DNA of 64,000 nt from Geosiphon pyriformis uo1 (Eukaryota > Fungi > Glomeromycota). Made by a program: the position numbers and the translations under genes. Under the pieces are notes generated by a model. It saw only the letters and a list, made by a program, of their open reading frames with translations, was not told where the DNA came from and ran no database searches. The stretch spans positions 124,001-188,000 of the forward strand of contig JAAOMT010000708.1 of the NCBI GenBank assembly GCA_016748015.1, in the 5' to 3' direction. Numbering within the stretch: position 1 is the first letter of the stretch; each line of letters opens with the position of its first letter. Of the stretch, positions 1-13,335 are shown piece by piece.

Positions 1-842
1 TTTAAAGAATGTAGTGTTATGAATAGAGGAGAACACTCGAGAAAACTGGGTTATATTCGCAAAGTTGCGTTTGATTAGGCGAAAATCCGCAGACCGACAG
101 TACATTATCAGGCAGACGAAGAATTTCGCCTTCGGTGTAATTTTCTGGTTGCTGAAGTTGCATAGCTTTTAAGTTTGAAGTTTTATCAATTATTTTGAAT
201 CATTAAAATTGTATATCAAAACTAAATGAAAAACTTAAATATGTAATACATATAATTTTTTTTCAATAAAGAAATACAATTTAATACAAAAAAACTAAAA
301 TATTAACACATTTATTTAAAAAATTGGGTTTAAAATGTTTTTTTAATAAAATGCTTAATATTAAATTTGTAAAATAATAATATGTAATAATATTAATTAT
401 GTAAGTAAAAAAAAATTATTGATTTGTAAAATTATAATGTATTTATACCTGAACATAGAATTATTGTGTAATATTATTGTTGATTATTAGTAAATAAACT
501 GGACCTAAATAATAAGTTTTTTATTTCATACAAATTCTTAATAAGTTATTGCCTTTTACTTTAGTCACCCATAATATACTGTAAATGGTATGATCAGATT
601 ATTCGGAAAAACAGAATTCCAAGCGAATCAATTGCTTCTCACATGGAAAACAAGCCTCGCCGATTCTTACAGTCGCATGGCTTTTGTTGCATATAGATTC
701 TATGTAGATTATAAATTTTGAACATTTTGCTATTAGTTATTTTATTTTCGCTAAAAAAAGTGCTGCTGATTTATTGCATTTTTTACATACATCATACTAG
801 TATTATTAACTTTGAGAACACCTTACCTGAAAACATTCTTCG

Positions 843-1150
843 ATGAGCATAGTAAATCCCGAAATAAACCAACCGGTTGACGAAAAACAACCATATATTG
901 AAGAAAGAGAAAGGAATCTGCAAGTCCAAGAAAAAAGTGTACCCGATGAAACTGAATACAACGAAAAGATGCAGTTTTCGAACGAAGACACCCCTAATAC
1001 AGTTGAAAACGTGGTAAAACAACAAAACTTGTCAATAAAGCCTTCACTACAACAAGATTTACCTTTCGATTTCAATCGTTTCATTGAACAAATAAAACAT
1101 CGACGTGCCGAACAAATTAATCTACTTTTAAAAAGGTAGAGTGTTGCTCC

Positions 1151-1192
<42 letters not shown>

Positions 1193-3202
1193 TTCGGTCA
1201 ACTTTAAGCGATTTCACAACTCGTCCCACTATTTTTCTGCTAGGTTCCAAAGAGAATTTGAGCGAAAACCTTTCACAATCAATGAACAGATAAGAATTGT
1301 TCATGATTTCTTAGAAGTATATTTCAAAATTTTTTTAATTCGCTCCTTTCAATTCAATTCGATTCAATTTAATAAATATTTTGGATTATTTTCACTATTC
1401 TATAGTTTATACCGAAAAAAATGAGGGAGTGCGAAATATGGCGTGACGTATCTGATCAAGAATTTGAAAATGCCAAAGAAGGAATGGAAAAACTAGTGAT
1501 GAATAGGCTATACACATTGTAAGATGAGTTTGGGCACCTTCTGAACTACATTATAATTTAACAATCGGATGACCACATTCACAGAACTTTTGCGCCAGCG
1601 ATTCAAGGGCCAGTCACTAGCGATGATCGAGAACGGGACGAAATCCTCCATCAAAAAATTCAAATATTTCGTTGGGTGAGAGAAGAACATTTGGACATTA
1701 CTCCAACTGCGCACAATCATTCATTTCTTGGGCTTGCCCGAGATGGTAATAGGAATAAAATTATTTCTCAAAAGAGCTTCTTTCATTGTTTCAACCTTGT
1801 ATAAAAATAATCATTCTTGTAACTTATAGAGTTATTAAAAATAAATGGCTACAAAGCCCCTCGCGATAAGCTTATCTGTATTTTGAATTGCTGTAAGGTT
1901 ATATTTCGTAAGTCACCTTTTTTTGTAAATCGATGTGAGTTTTGGAATATTTTTCAGGTCGACTCACGTTTTTTATTTTTTCTTTCAACAGGATTAATTA
2001 GGAAAGTCGATGGAGAAGAAGGTGCAGACAAGTTTCTACCTATTCTTATTTTTGTTGTATTGAGAGCTAATCCTGAACATCTTGTCTCTAATGTGCAGTA
2101 AGTAGATTTTTTAATCATTGCTTTAATTTACAGACAAAGGTATAGCATAATGTGTTGATTTTATTTTAGGTACATCTCCCGTTTTAGGAATCCCGAAAAG
2201 TTACAGTCAGAAGCTGGCTACTATCTTTCTAGCTTGGTATGTCACAAATATTAGTGCATTAGGATTGCTTTTACTATTTTCTTATTTCGCCACGCTCTTT
2301 CAAAGATGGGTGCTATCGCCTTCATTGAAAATATGGATGCTTCATCCCTTTCCATAACTCAAGAAAATTTTGACAAGTAATTATGATGTTTTCTCTCATA
2401 TTTTTGAATTGTCATTTCGGAGAATCTTGCTTACTCTTTTTGTGGAACTAGGAACATTGAAATAACGATGAAAGAATTGGAGCGTGAACGACCTAAACCT
2501 GAGGAGAATGATATGGTCATCAGTTATGATAACGTCATACATCCTTCAAGGTCACCACAACCAAATAAAGCAACTACTTTTAATTCAGCCCAGGCCAGAG
2601 CATTTTTCGAGAACGGTAGAAATATTGCCCATCGAACAATTCAAAAGCCACTAAACATTGTCGGAAAACTTATTGCCGAAATCACTAACGATTCCCATGA
2701 AACTGGTAATCGGGGGATCGGCTCTACCTTGGAGGTTGGTTCTCCCTCGCAATCATCATCACCTAGTAATTCCCCCCATCGACCACCATCAATCAATGTG
2801 CCACCTCCTTTGCCGCCTAGGGCATCATCACATGGTGATGAGAGCCCTCCCCGAAGACCTCGTTCCTTATCAGCATCATCACACTCTTCCCAAATATCAC
2901 AGAATTCGAACGAATATTCTGACCTGCAGGAAGAGTCCGCTCGTGCTAGCGCAGCTGAATATGAATCATCCTTGATAACCCTGAAAGCCATGTTCCCAAA
3001 TGTTGATGATGATGTGTGTGAGCTTTTGTTACAGGCCAGTGACGGGGAATTATCCCATGCTATAGATAAACTTTTAGATATATCTGACCCAACTTCACAC
3101 GACAGGGGAGGTGGCCTTGAAGATGGGGGCACCGATGATGTCATGAGTCAAATGCCAGTTGGCGGTGAACAGCACAAAAATGAGCTTTCTGCTGTCTACT
3201 AA
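843..3202 (+). CDS. VPS9: Rab5/Vps21 guanine nucleotide exchange factor, VPS9 domain plus C-terminal CUE domain; 9 exons (843-1135, 1244-1316, 1406-1518, 1585-1745, 1830-1907, 1992-2097, 2170-2236, 2306-2376, 2452-3202)
   Basis: GT-AG splicing gives a continuous frame with VPS9 hallmarks (EGMEKLVMNRLY, WVREEHLDI, KAPRDKLICILNCCKVIF, GADKFLPILIFVV, LVSNVQYISRFR, SEAGYYLSSL) and a CUE motif (LKAMFPNVDDDVCELLL...AIDKLLDIS). Confidence 0.95.
1154..1190. repeat. (TTA)n microsatellite in VPS9 intron 1
   Basis: direct tandem repeat. Confidence 0.95.
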
Positions 3203-3355
3203 AAACCAATTTTTTCGAAAAAAATAATGCAATTTGGGTTTTTATTTTTTGACCGTGTGCAATCATGTGTAAACAATAGGAACACTGGTCAAAAGGTCGT
3301 AAATAGGTAGGTGCAATCAGGGCATATATAATATTCATTTGACTCAATTCACTTT

Positions 3356-3445
3356 AGACCTCTCAAGCCTAACGTCACGATCTGAAAGAGAAGTAGAAAA
3401 TTCTCCTCTCTAAGGCCGAGGGAAGCATCAATACTTGAGAGGTCT
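3356..3445. other. Inverted repeat, 12-bp perfect arms (AGACCTCTCAAG / CTTGAGAGGTCT), ~150 nt downstream of the VPS9 stop
   Basis: arms at 3356-3367 and 3434-3445 are exact reverse complements. Confidence 0.6.
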
Positions 3446-4901
3446 GATAAAAGAAATAATGAAAGGGATCTGATAATGTTGAACTTATTGCAGTTGAAAT
3501 GTAGAATATTAATATCATGTAAACAGGTAATAACTCTCCTAATCAGTTACGCAGTTTATCTAATCCAGTAATAATTTCAATGTAATAATCGATATTTCTA
3601 GAGTTGCAATATTTTATTATTTATTTTAATCAATAATACCGTCATATTTTACAAGATTAATGATTTTAAAGCCATATCCCAAATAAGATAATAGGATACT
3701 TACAGGTACATTAACATAACGCTATATTGTAATGCTCAAATGATTTTTACCTCAAAAAGATTTACAAATCGACGAAACAATAGATTATTAAGATAATTAA
3801 ATGATGGTGGTAATGTTTGATTTTGGGATTATTTGTATGATGGAAACTTTATTTGCTTTGTTTGCCCATACAAGTTAACAACAGAACAGAAAGTGATTAA
3901 ATTGGAAGAGATATAATAGAGAAACCTAGAAAAGTGGATCACAATAATTCAAAGCTTAGGTCAATCAAAAAACTGTAAAAATTACTAGTCCAGGTCTATT
4001 TGATAGATCGAAACAAAAATTCGAGAAACTATAACGGCTTGAGAACACTCAAGGTTATATCGAAATAAATAAAAGAGCTTCAAAAATAAAGATCAAAAAA
4101 TAATGTAAACAGACAAAAAATAAGGAAAGCAGAAAATCCAAGAAAGCCCTAAAAGTTTATCTATTGGTGCTTTTTTCCTAGAACCATACAAAAAAATGTT
4201 TCTTGAGTTTGATATGTACCTAAACCGAAATTGCAACAAAAAAAATTCCAAAAATAGGCAACCACCAGGATGTCCAAAAAAACCGAAAAACCCAAGAAAA
4301 ATGTATTTAAAATCAAAAAAATTTATAACAATACTTGACAAAGAATTTATACATTAACAATGGAGAGTGTAGAAAGAAGGTTTAGTGAGTGGCCATGGTT
4401 TAGAAAAGAGATTCGTGATGAGAATAAAAGAAATTTGTATAATGGGAAACCGATGAGATAAAGAAAACTAACTACCAAAGGAAGGAATAGGGAAAAGATG
4501 TAAAAGTGTGAATTAACACATATTATCCAAGAGTCTTTTGATGCACATTATAAATACAAAAGCAAAGCAATGGTTTGAGAGCGAGATTGAAGAGATGGTT
4601 TTTCTGACGAGCGGAGATACAAGTACGAGATGAAATCTGAAATATTAAGATGAAAAAGTAGAAATATATTTTTTGAAATATATACAACCTTCTTACATCT
4701 CTGATCGATTTGTTTTAATGGGTAAAAAAGTCTATTAAGGAAAAAATCTTGAACAGAGACGCGTGTGTAAAACAAGGAAACCAAAATTGTTCGCATATGT
4801 CCGACAACAATGAAAAATATATATTACAATTGCTGATATGAAAAATATGTATCAGCCATTATGGATAATGTTCACAGATGGTAATCTTTAAAAGAAAAAA
4901 A

Positions 4902-7900
4902 CTATATGCTGTTTCGCCGCAGCCATCCCCTCTTGGAGGTAGATGATTTTTTCTTCTTTTTTGAAATGGGGCTTGACTTGGACTTAGAACCCTTTAACAA
5001 ATTCGAAGCATCTTTTTCTTTTAGATTATTTAATGAAGAATATATTGAATGCGACCAATGATCACCCCTTTTCTTTGAAGACTTTGTTCGAATTTTGCGG
5101 GTTTGCATAAGCCAAAACCCATCACTACCACCGAAAGGCCCATTGCGTCTTGGTCTCCGTAGTACAACACTTCGAACCCGTCGTACAGTCTCTTGCTCCG
5201 ATTCATCCGTGTCCATCGTTGTGTTTGTCATTATTGATGAATATGATGGAGCCCATCGAAAGGCTGCCGGAAAAGAACCGGGTATTTGAAGGTCGACATC
5301 TTCGTCATCGAAATATTCTTGTTCATCGTCACTAATTTCATCTTGGCTTCCATTATTCTCATCTCCTGTGATCATAGTCGGAACGACATGATCGTTATCT
5401 TCTTGTGTCATTGTAATAGTTTCTTTTGAAACAACTTCCGCTATCTCTAACGAAGAAAGTTGTTGTTGTTGTTGTTGTTGTTCACCCATCTCTTCATCCT
5501 GAATATCAATGCACGGAAACATATGCAAAGATGTATCATCCTGGACAGTTGAATCTCCCCTTTCTTGTTCTACAGGAACATTCATATTTTGGCTCGTTTT
5601 GACGTGTCCAGCACGCTTTAATCGTTCATCCGTAATTCGACGTCTTAACAACAAGGCCGGATCATCTTCACTGCTTTCATCGTCTTCATCGCTGCTATCA
5701 TCAAAATCCACCAATTCCCACTCTTCGCTATCCTCACTCATTTCATCATCATCATCACCCCAATTTTTTGGTAAAATTGATCTATTATGTATCTTATTGG
5801 AATTCCATCGCCTTCCCATGAGAAAACGTCCACTTCGTTTACCCAGATTCATGAAACCTTTTGCCCCGTTCTTTATCCAACCATGACCATTCTCTACACC
5901 AGCCTCAACTCCCCTCCACGAAACTGTCTTCAAATTAAGGCCGGTACAAATTTTGACGTTTTTTTTTTTACTATCGACCATTCCAACACCTTGATAATTT
6001 TCATAATCGTCTTCAATTTCAAATTTAGATTCTTGATTCTGATCCAATTCAAACGGTTGTCCAGGTTTTAACATGCCAACCATTTTAATTACTTGACGTC
6101 CAGCCACCTCACAGAGCCAAGCATCGAGAACTAAGGAACCTAAAGTGAACAAAAAAGTCCAATACATAAGATTCATGAATGTTCGAGTTGTCCCAGTTAC
6201 AGATTTAGGCATATTGGGCCGATTAGAAGATTGAATTGATTCAGTCATGAACGAATGTGTCGCATGCAAGAAGGGAAGTATGAGGGCTCTGGTTAGTAGT
6301 CGACATTGTTGTGCAAAATCGTCCAAATCTGCCAAATCTGCGCTAGGATTGTTAATAAGTTCTAGGGTAGGATCGTTGTATTGAACATCCATAATTGGTT
6401 CTTCACGAATCACGATCCCGTTCTTATCTTTTATTTTTCGAATGAGAACACCATTTCGATTTTGTACTATCACAGCTTCTTCCTCTTCTATCAATTCATC
6501 CGTCATATGAGTTATCAGACATTGTACTTGATTCATACTCGAATCCAATGTTTTAAAACAATCTTCAAACTCCTCTTCCTTTCGGCTTCTGGATCGTCTA
6601 TGGGTATTATTTCTCTCCCTCCTGCGTGATTCTCTTGACAGATCAACTTGCTCAATCATTTCCGGTTGATTGAGAAGATTTTCATCGTCATCTCTTAACG
6701 CATCCCAATCAAAGTCTTCAAAATAATCTTGTGAAACTTCACTAGAATTCGAATCTTGCCTCTTTTTGTCCCTTGTAATTACGGGAGCTTCAACCGCTGT
6801 GGTGGCCTCAGTAATCAGAGTCGATAACAGACTACACATTCGTTCAAAGGCTTCACTGTTTTCACTATCAGTATCATCGCCACAGTCACCAGCTTCGCTA
6901 ATTGAACTCATAACTGATCCTTTATAAGGACGTATTGAAGGAGAGGTAGGTGTTGAAGATAAATCAATCTTGGGCTTTGATGAGGTTCTAGATGATACAG
7001 GAGTACGTGAAGGGGAGACGGTACGTGAAGCAGATCTTGAGGGAGTTCGTGATGCAGAACGTGAGGGAGCACGTGAGGTTTGTCGTGATGTGGTTCGGGA
7101 AGTTGGTTTGGAAGGTGGCTGTAAGATGACTGATAGAGAAAGAGATCTTGGAGAGGAGGGTTCGAAAGATGGAAGTAATTCTTCAATCTGGGATTGTGTT
7201 TGGTTTTGTGAATTTTGAGGAGGTTGATGATGATATTTCTCCTCAACTTGTATTGTAATTTCGGCGGCAGCAGCGGCTATCGCAGCGGCAGCAGCCGCTG
7301 CATTACTAGCATCAAGTTGTCTTTTAACCTCACTTGAAGCCATGATATTTTCGGTGAGAGCCTATTTCGGATTAGGATAAACGAAGAAGCATTCAGAAAG
7401 TTGAGTGAATTAAAGCAAATAAATTTTGTACCATCAAAAAATTGAATTATTTTACCTTCATTGTGACTACTTGCTTCATCACCTCTTCACTGGTCATAGT
7501 TTCTTGTTTGTCTTGCATTTTTTTTAGAACAACTTGAATGCTATGTGAGTTTCAGTTCAGATTTAATGTTAGATATGTTTTATATATAAAGCACATAAAA
7601 ACTAAAATGAAAATTGAGGAAACACATACTCGGACAACTGTGATCTCAAATCGTGCATCGCAAATGTTTGATCATTAAGGATCATTTGAAGTGAGGATAC
7701 GAGGCTTGCCAATTGAGTCATCTGATTGAAAGTAAAGATTGGGTTAGTATGGAATTTATAATTTATCAAACTTAATAGTGTCTTTCTAAGCCACACTTGA
7801 ATGATAATATTCTCGAGAATATTTTCTTGTAAAACATAGGGATAAAAGCGTGAGAGCACAGAAAGACACCAAAAATTCACAGGAGTAAAAGTAAAAAGGG

Positions 7901-8309
7901 GACAACGTACTAGGTAAGACGAGTCATCGCTTACCTTATCAAGCATGTCGGTGTTCGTTTTTTTCTCGTTACCGCCTTGTGCTAAAAACTCGGAATGTCC
8001 GTTAAGTACTTCACGACTTTTTTGTAACAATTGTTCGAGGTTTAGTTCATCCCACTGTGAATAAGGCGGGGGTGGATGTTGTAAGGTTCCGGGAGAAGGT
8101 GGTGTTTCTAAGAAGACATCTTGTTTGAGTTTATCCAAAAGTGTGGTAGGTTCTTTTGGGACTGTTGGGGTGTATATTTCATTTTCTTCCTTTTTAGTCT
8201 CCATTTGACTTGTCGTTATCACTTTAGAAACCGTTGACTGTTGTTGTTCTTGAGACTGTGATAAGGTTTTCGTGGGGTTGATAACGCAGTGGTTCACTGC
8301 GGCAGCCAT
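4902..8309 (-). CDS. Hypothetical ~1003-aa acidic, low-complexity protein with an N-terminal coiled-coil-like segment, a central hydrophobic (putative TM) segment and a basic C-terminus; 4 exons (8309-7935, 7721-7630, 7540-7456, 7361-4902)
   Basis: ORFs 7602-8309 and 4902-7343 join in frame through canonical GT..AG introns; hydrophobic stretch FMNLMYWTFLFTLGSLVLDAWL at ~6110-6180; no family recognised. Confidence 0.8.
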
Positions 8310-8661
8310 GAAATTTATTTTTAGATAATAGGAAAAATAATAAAAGATTTTTGGGATTTAAATAACGTTAACGAGATGTGAATTTTCGTATAGAACTTTT
8401 TTGGTATTATCGGATTTAGAGTTTCAAGAAATTTTTAGCGCTCAGCGAAAGACGGGAAAATTGGGGGCGATAAAGCTTTTTTGGTTTATTCAGACATGAA
8501 CCAAAATAATTCTTGCAGTATTTTACACGAAATAGGATAATATATTGTTGTGTAGACGCGTATTGTTAAAAGTTGCAAAGAAATAATACTAAGAGTAAAA
8601 TAGCGAGGAAGCATACAGATGTAGTATTTATAGGGATTTTTGTCGGGTATCAAAGACAGGC

Positions 8662-8696
8662 GGGGGGGGGGGGGGGNNNNNNNNNNNNNNNNNNNN
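8662..8696. other. Poly-G run (15 G) followed by a 20-N assembly gap
   Basis: seen directly. Confidence 0.95.
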
Positions 8697-9913
8697 TATA
8701 TATATTATAGGAAAACCTATGTCGTAATGTAATGGACGTATCGAGAAGGAATATTTTAACGGAAAATAGATAAAAGACCAAAAAAGAAAGCGGTAAACCG
8801 TCCTTTTGAGACTAAGGGCAAAAAAAAAAAAAGAGAAAAAAGGGATAAGGAACTTTTTTTTTCGGAGAGCTATTTAAAAAATGGCTATAAAGATGATGAT
8901 TAGAAAAAATCCGGTACCGGGAAGTTCTTGTTTATAATGGCGGGCGTGAACATTTACTTTTTTAAGGTTGACATCGGGATCTCGGTAGATGGCAGTAAGT
9001 TTATTTAACAATTTACGTCATTATGTCAGAGAAGTTTTTATAGGTTTAAAACTGGTGACTTTTTTAAAAAGGAATCCTAATATCGGTTGCAGATCTTTTA
9101 AAAGGGAAAGTATAGCTTGTCAGCCAAGTCAACTGATGAAGAAGATTATGTAGAAAAAAAGTTTGGTTGAGTGCATAAATTACAGATATGGATAGATCGG
9201 TAAAATTTGAGGGGTGGATATGATAGAGAATTTTGATCTGGCTAACTTTAAGTTGTAAAAAATGGGAATTTGAAGAGAGAGGGTTAATAAAGCATGACGA
9301 GGAAGTAATCTTTTCAATTTGATGGAACTAGGAATGTTTTCTGGGGAACTATTTTTTTATTTTTTTATTGCGAAGGATGAAATGGTAATGCGTCATCATT
9401 CTAGTGTGAGGTCAACGATACAATACTGCTCCCCCATTGTTCTTGAGGTTAGAGAGTGATTGAAAGAGTGAGCCAATGTTGTGATACTCTTAATTCTGTT
9501 GATTGTCTCATGAAAATTATTTTTTTCGGCATAAATTCACGCATGTTTGTCACCTGAATTCTATACTGTTCCTATTCCGAGTCTAGTCTGTGTTCGCGCA
9601 CTTTTACTACCTATGGTTATATTGTTTTAACAGGGTGAAAAGAATCAAGAATACTTTGACTATTATTCGTCTTTTTTTGACAGCCATCCAGCGTTTGAAT
9701 ATTTCATTATAATGCGCCAATCAAGCCATCTTATCGATATATACATTACCGCTAGTCTCAAATTTCCGAATAGTGAACTTTAGGAATTTTTTAGTTTGAA
9801 TCAAGTCCCAATTATTAAAATTTTCCTATATCGATAATGGGCGTTTTTTATTGAGAAATCCCAGAGGCGTGCGAATTTACCGATATTTTTCTTGTAATCG
9901 TTAATTTTTTTTA

Positions 9914-9942
<29 letters not shown>
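9914..9942. repeat. (AAT)n microsatellite
   Basis: direct tandem repeat. Confidence 0.9.
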
Positions 9943-9944
<2 letters not shown>

Positions 9945-10333
9945 GACGTTTTTTTGAAAATTGAAAAAAATCCCGCATAACACATTTTAAAAAATCCTTT
10001 TTTTACTAATAAAGATGTAACGCAACATATATAATTCTTCGGAGACAAATATTTTCTTGTCTATACTAATACGCTAAAGAGGCGTTAAAAAAAATGCATT
10101 CATACAAAATATCACTTGCATGCATATTTTTCAAGATTTAAATAAATACCTTTTTTCTAATTTTGCAAAGTTCAAACAGCAACCAAGTCATTATCACCAT
10201 CATGATCATTTCTAAAGGGAATGTTTAACAATGAATCAAGAAGCACGCAATATCCGCTCAGACACTCCATATAATTTATAAATGTACATGTAGTTGGCGG
10301 TTATCTGCTCCTTTGATATATAATAGAGCGAAC

Positions 10334-10366
<33 letters not shown>
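10334..10366. repeat. (TAA)n microsatellite
   Basis: direct tandem repeat. Confidence 0.9.
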
Positions 10367-10368
<2 letters not shown>

Positions 10369-13335
10369 GGGAAGTTTTGAAAATTCCTGAAAAAAATTTT
10401 TTTTAAAAAATTTTTAAAATTTTCAAACCATTTTCAGAAGATATTCCATCTTTTATTTGTTATCTGTTCTTCTGTTATTGCCTCTCTATTAGATCTGTCA
10501 TAATACAAAGAACTACTCTTCCAAAACTGGAAATAACTGGCAAAATGATCTTTGTGATTTTCTTTACAATGAAATATTATTCCTTTATCTTTGAATAGTT
10601 AGTGTTCACGATAAAGTCAATGATAAAACCTAGACTCAACAAGCTCTTTCTGATCAAAAAAAAAAGTTGATCATGTTGGAATTTGTGTGTGAAACAAATT
10701 AAATTAGGCACATCAGGAAAAAAGTAATGCTAGAAAAGAAAATGTACAAAAAAATCGTCCAGTCAAATAAATCTTGTTACATGAAAACAATTTTAATCTT
10801 ATCCATGATGGAAACTAGCCTATTCTTTCTTTCTTTCTTTCTTTCTGTGTTCCCATTCCACTAAAAAAAAAACTTTGATTGATTATAAATTAATCACTCC
10901 CGCATTACAATCTGATGCTCTCCCCCGCACGTTCACATTTTTTTCAAAATTTTTTAACCTGTTAATACCCTTTGATTCTCCCTTTAACTTTTTTAAAGAA
11001 GCTATACCGTTAAAAGGTAAGCTCATATTTTTAACATATTCATAACACGTGTTAATTGTGGTCAGCCATTGTTTACAGAAATTCTAAACGCAGTCCAAGT
11101 TTGGGGCGAACGGTTCGTGTTTCAGACCTTTTGGCGGCGTTAGTTAGTTAGTATGTTTCAGTGTTTGTTCGGCATGCAGAACTGCATGACCACGATAAAT
11201 CAATAATAATGATGCATTTAGTAACGCTTCATTCTTGAACTTAATGTACGATATAGAAAATTCGAAAATATTTTCACCAAAATATTCTACTAAGGAATCG
11301 GATGAGATCAGCCTGATGAAAAAAGAAAATAGCAAATGGCAAATCAAAAAACTATGACGATAGATATCTCTCCCTTGATCTGTTTTATTTTTTTCATTGA
11401 CCAATTTTGTGTTTGATTAAAAAAGTTTATGATGAGAAGGGGAATTAAAACATTATTTGACAATTTCAAAATAAATAAATATTATATACGTACATATGTA
11501 TGTCAATGCTTGTAAATTAAGTTTCATTCCCAGTGTAATTGAAAAATCATTTTTAATAATCCTGAGATTTGCCAAATAATAATCCCTCTTTAAAAAAAAA
11601 GGTTTAGACTAAAAAATTTACCATCAAGGAAAATTTCTTATTGTTCAACTTAATAAATAAATAAATAAATAATAAATAGAGATTCCCTAATAAAAAAGAG
11701 GCGGATCGCGAAACTAAAGAAATATGATTGTGTCATGACTTTTACATTTAAAGAATGATATCATCTAAATTTAATAATACGTTATATTATCGAAATTTTT
11801 TAAAAAATTTTATTCATATTCATATTGATATATTATATTCATATTCATATTTATATCTATATTTATGTTTTTATTCTTCATATTATTATTTTTATTTCTC
11901 CTTTCAATCTTTAAATATGATTTTTAAAATATTTCGATCTAAATTTTATTTAATACAATATGATTTAATAAAATCACATGAAAATTATGTTTAAATTATT
12001 TTATTTTTAATTAAATCCCATTTTTTTTTTTTATTCATTGATTCTTAAATTAATTAATTAAAAAAATTTTTTGCCTTTTTTTTTTCGAGTAAAATTATTG
12101 TTTGCTTGTTTCGTAAAATCAAAGTTTTTAACAGGAAACATACTAATAATAATAATAATAATAAGATCAAAAAGAATATCGTTTAATAATCTTAACAGTT
12201 CTCTGTGAACAGGATTTAAAACAATTTCGTTTTTTAATCGAAATAGACGAATCGCTTTTTTTTATAGCAAAATAATAATAATATAGCTTTTTTCTATGTT
12301 TTTATCAATATGTGAATTTGCTTAACAATAATCCACGCTCCGAAACATCGAATTAAAATAAGTTAAAAACAATTTCTGTTTCGTAATTTTATCCCATATC
12401 AAAATTTTTCATTGGCGATGCAATGGGTAAAAAAAATTTTCATCGACCATCAATAATCGACGCGTCCTTCATTCCTTGCTCACAGTCTTGTTCTTTTACG
12501 AATTATTTGGACAAACTAGGGCTCTCTTACTTGATCTCCATTCCTTGCAAAACCTAGGATCCACTGTGGAGTATCACGAGGCCTGGCGCGCAGCTAAACG
12601 TCCCATGAACAAATCAGCGATAAAGATAGCACTTACGCGACAGCTAGACTAGTTCAAGAAGGCAATTTCAATTGGGCCCTCTTTGTTGATATGTTATTGT
12701 TTTGTTGATTCATTTTAGCCATCCAAACCTCTACAAGTCATATGGCAGTTGGGGCCAGAAGCAAACCACTGGATTACGATCCAAGTGGCGACGGAATACA
12801 TTCCCCGGAATCCATCCATGAATTTTCTCCTATATGATTAATTCCAACGATCTTGGGGACCGCAGGGATAACAGCGATGGTATTCTGGGTGTTAAGAAAG
12901 AAAAAAAATATTAAGCCAACATCGGCAAAGGCAGCGTCATCTTAAATGTTCACTTTGTCTAATTTTGTTCCACCACGCCCCATATATGAGTGATAGTGAA
13001 GGTTAAAAATCAAAGGATCAATCTCTCTTTTGTGTAATAATTTTACAAGCCGTTGCCCTACGCAATTAATCAACAGGCATCAAGCAAGAATCAGTATATC
13101 AAACATCCTTCAAACTCATTCATTCCAATTCCTGAGATATATATGTCTTGCCAGAGTAAACAACTCGCTCCCTCTTTCCAACCTGGAGACTACTCATAAA
13201 TCTAATTCAATAATCCTTTCAACAATTGCTCTTGGCAAAATTTTCACCTACATGTTAGTGTTTTTTTGTTCATTTATGTCAAGATTCTTAGATTATTGGT
13301 CAAAATTGTTCAGTACCCCTACTACCAAAATCGAA

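Noticed and set aside
3440-3490. TPP riboswitch, box C/D snoRNA or U5-like motifs (GATCTGATAATG, CTGA)
   Set aside because: Other required elements (TPP core, box C, U5 loop I, Sm site) not found
2641-7246. Antisense or alternate-frame ORFs overlapping VPS9 and the 1003-aa gene
   Set aside because: Shadows of low-complexity coding sequence with no motifs
10374-10427. Apparent inverted repeat of A/T runs
   Set aside because: Low-complexity homopolymers; expected by chance
12420-12900. GC-richer island upstream of the ART gene, possible ncRNA or small exon
   Set aside because: No recognisable RNA motif, convincing ORF or splice pattern; probably promoter sequence
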